From Octopus sinensis (Eukaryota), in contig NC_043009.1 in NCBI RefSeq assembly GCF_006345805.1, positions 60,450,001-60,514,000 on the forward strand: a stretch of 64,000 nucleotides of DNA, given 5' to 3'. Positions 62,710-64,000 of this stretch are shown here, one piece after another. Within the stretch, counting starts at the first letter, position 1. Every line of letters begins with the position of its first letter. The notes under the pieces were generated by a model. That model had not been told where the DNA came from. It worked only from the letters and a program-made list of their open reading frames with translations, and did not search any database. The translations under genes and the position numbers were made by a program.

Positions 62710-63250
62710 CATTTAATAGCATGCGCTTTACTACCAAGATATGTAAATGACTTCACATTATTTAGGCTTTTCCCATCAATGTGTATAGGAGTGTCAGGAA
62801 AATTGTGAACCGGTTGCCTCTGCTTCGCACCTTGAATTTGTTTGGGAGTAGGGCAAGGTTGGTGTATAACTTCTGTCTTCTTTATGCTGATGGTCAAACC
62901 AAAGGCTTTCCATGCAGCAGAAAACCGGTCTAGAAGTCCCTGAGCTTCCTCTAGAGAGGACACTACTAGTGCAGCAGCATCTGCAAAAAGTAGATCTTCA
63001 ATGATACTGGTGCGTAGCAGTGTTCTGACTTTGAAACACTGATGATTGAATAGTCCACCACTTGTTCAGAACTGGAATTTGATACCACTTTGTACGTTGC
63101 CAAAAGCAAACCTCAGCATCACTGAAAAGAAGAGTGCAAACAATACAGGAACCATTACACAACCTTGCTTTGTGCTGTTTGTAAATTCGAAGGAAGCCGA
63201 AGATCCCCCACCGGACACGACAGCAGCCTTCATTCCCTCAAAAACTCCGC
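62710..63250 (-). mobile_element. RTE/BovB-like RT fragment (different family from 2941-5860)
   Basis: TKQGCVMVPVLFALFFS, DLLFADAAAL, FGLTISIKKTEV and VKSFTYLGS. Confidence 0.85.
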
Positions 63251-64000
63251 ATACCGGAAGCCAGCAAGTGTATGGGGTCATCAGGAGAGAATGCGCGCCG
63301 TTTCGGGGCCTACCTCTCAGCTTGTTAATTTTCCCAGTTTCTCCACTGTAGAGCCTGTCATTTTATAAAGAGCCCGACATACCTTCTTTTCAAACTCTTT
63401 ATATTATCCTTTCTCATTAGCAGCCGGCCACAAAACCCTCGGTTTCCTCTGAGTATTATCTGATGCACCAGTTTCATGACTTGCAGTTTCCTTGCGGGAA
63501 GAGGTCTTTGCTGTAGCATTTATTGATCTGCTGTGGTTTGAGTCCGGGGATGATTTGCTTCATTGTAATAATAGTATTGAGGCATCGTTTACACAGCTGG
63601 ATGCTCATTCAGTTCCTAACTTTTAGCTGTTTCCATAGGAAGGGATCTTTTATTCCACATCTCTTTGAAAGCACAAATACAGCAGACGATCTGTTGACCG
63701 GGAGAAATTGATGATAATATCACCATTTGTAGTCCAGTGAACTTTGGAGATGTACACACACACGCATACATGTGCACACACACACACGTGCGTGCATGTG
63801 CATGCACACGCAAACACACACACACATTGTTTAGTAAACACAGTCTGAGTTGTTTTCATCCCATGAAACTATCAGCAGCTAATAAAAATATATACGGTGT
63901 TTATTAAATAATATTTATCTGTCACCTGATGGAGAGATTTTTTTTTCCTGATCTTAACAGAACATTATATATATATATATATATATCATCATCATCATCA

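Overview
This is eukaryotic, repeat-dense, AT-rich DNA. The SINE families and (TA)n/(CAT)n landscape look like an octopus (coleoid cephalopod) genome, which is inferred from recalled repeat families and not from a search. There are no prokaryotic operons and no CRISPR array. One + strand multi-exon gene runs from about 15.2 kb to beyond 60 kb. It encodes a type I single-pass membrane protein with a signal peptide, two related ~49-aa Cys-rich sushi/CCP-like modules, short linker exons, a TM helix and an acidic Ser-rich tail with a DSGYCE motif. Its 5' coding exons need single-base corrections to read through. The window also holds one initiator tRNA-Met gene and many mobile-element remnants: Gypsy, L1/Tx1-like, RTE, R4-like, CR1, four Penelope-like ORF fragments, Tc1/mariner, piggyBac-like MITEs, Helentron-like elements and several tRNA-derived SINE families. 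Notable structures are several hammerhead-ribozyme motifs in Penelope terminal repeats (one behind a tRNA-like Pol III cassette), a 37-bp minisatellite derived from a Tc1 transposase HTH region, a 2x2 head/tail mosaic among SINEs, a tandemly amplified RTE 3'UTR, and many long inverted repeats inside the gene's introns.
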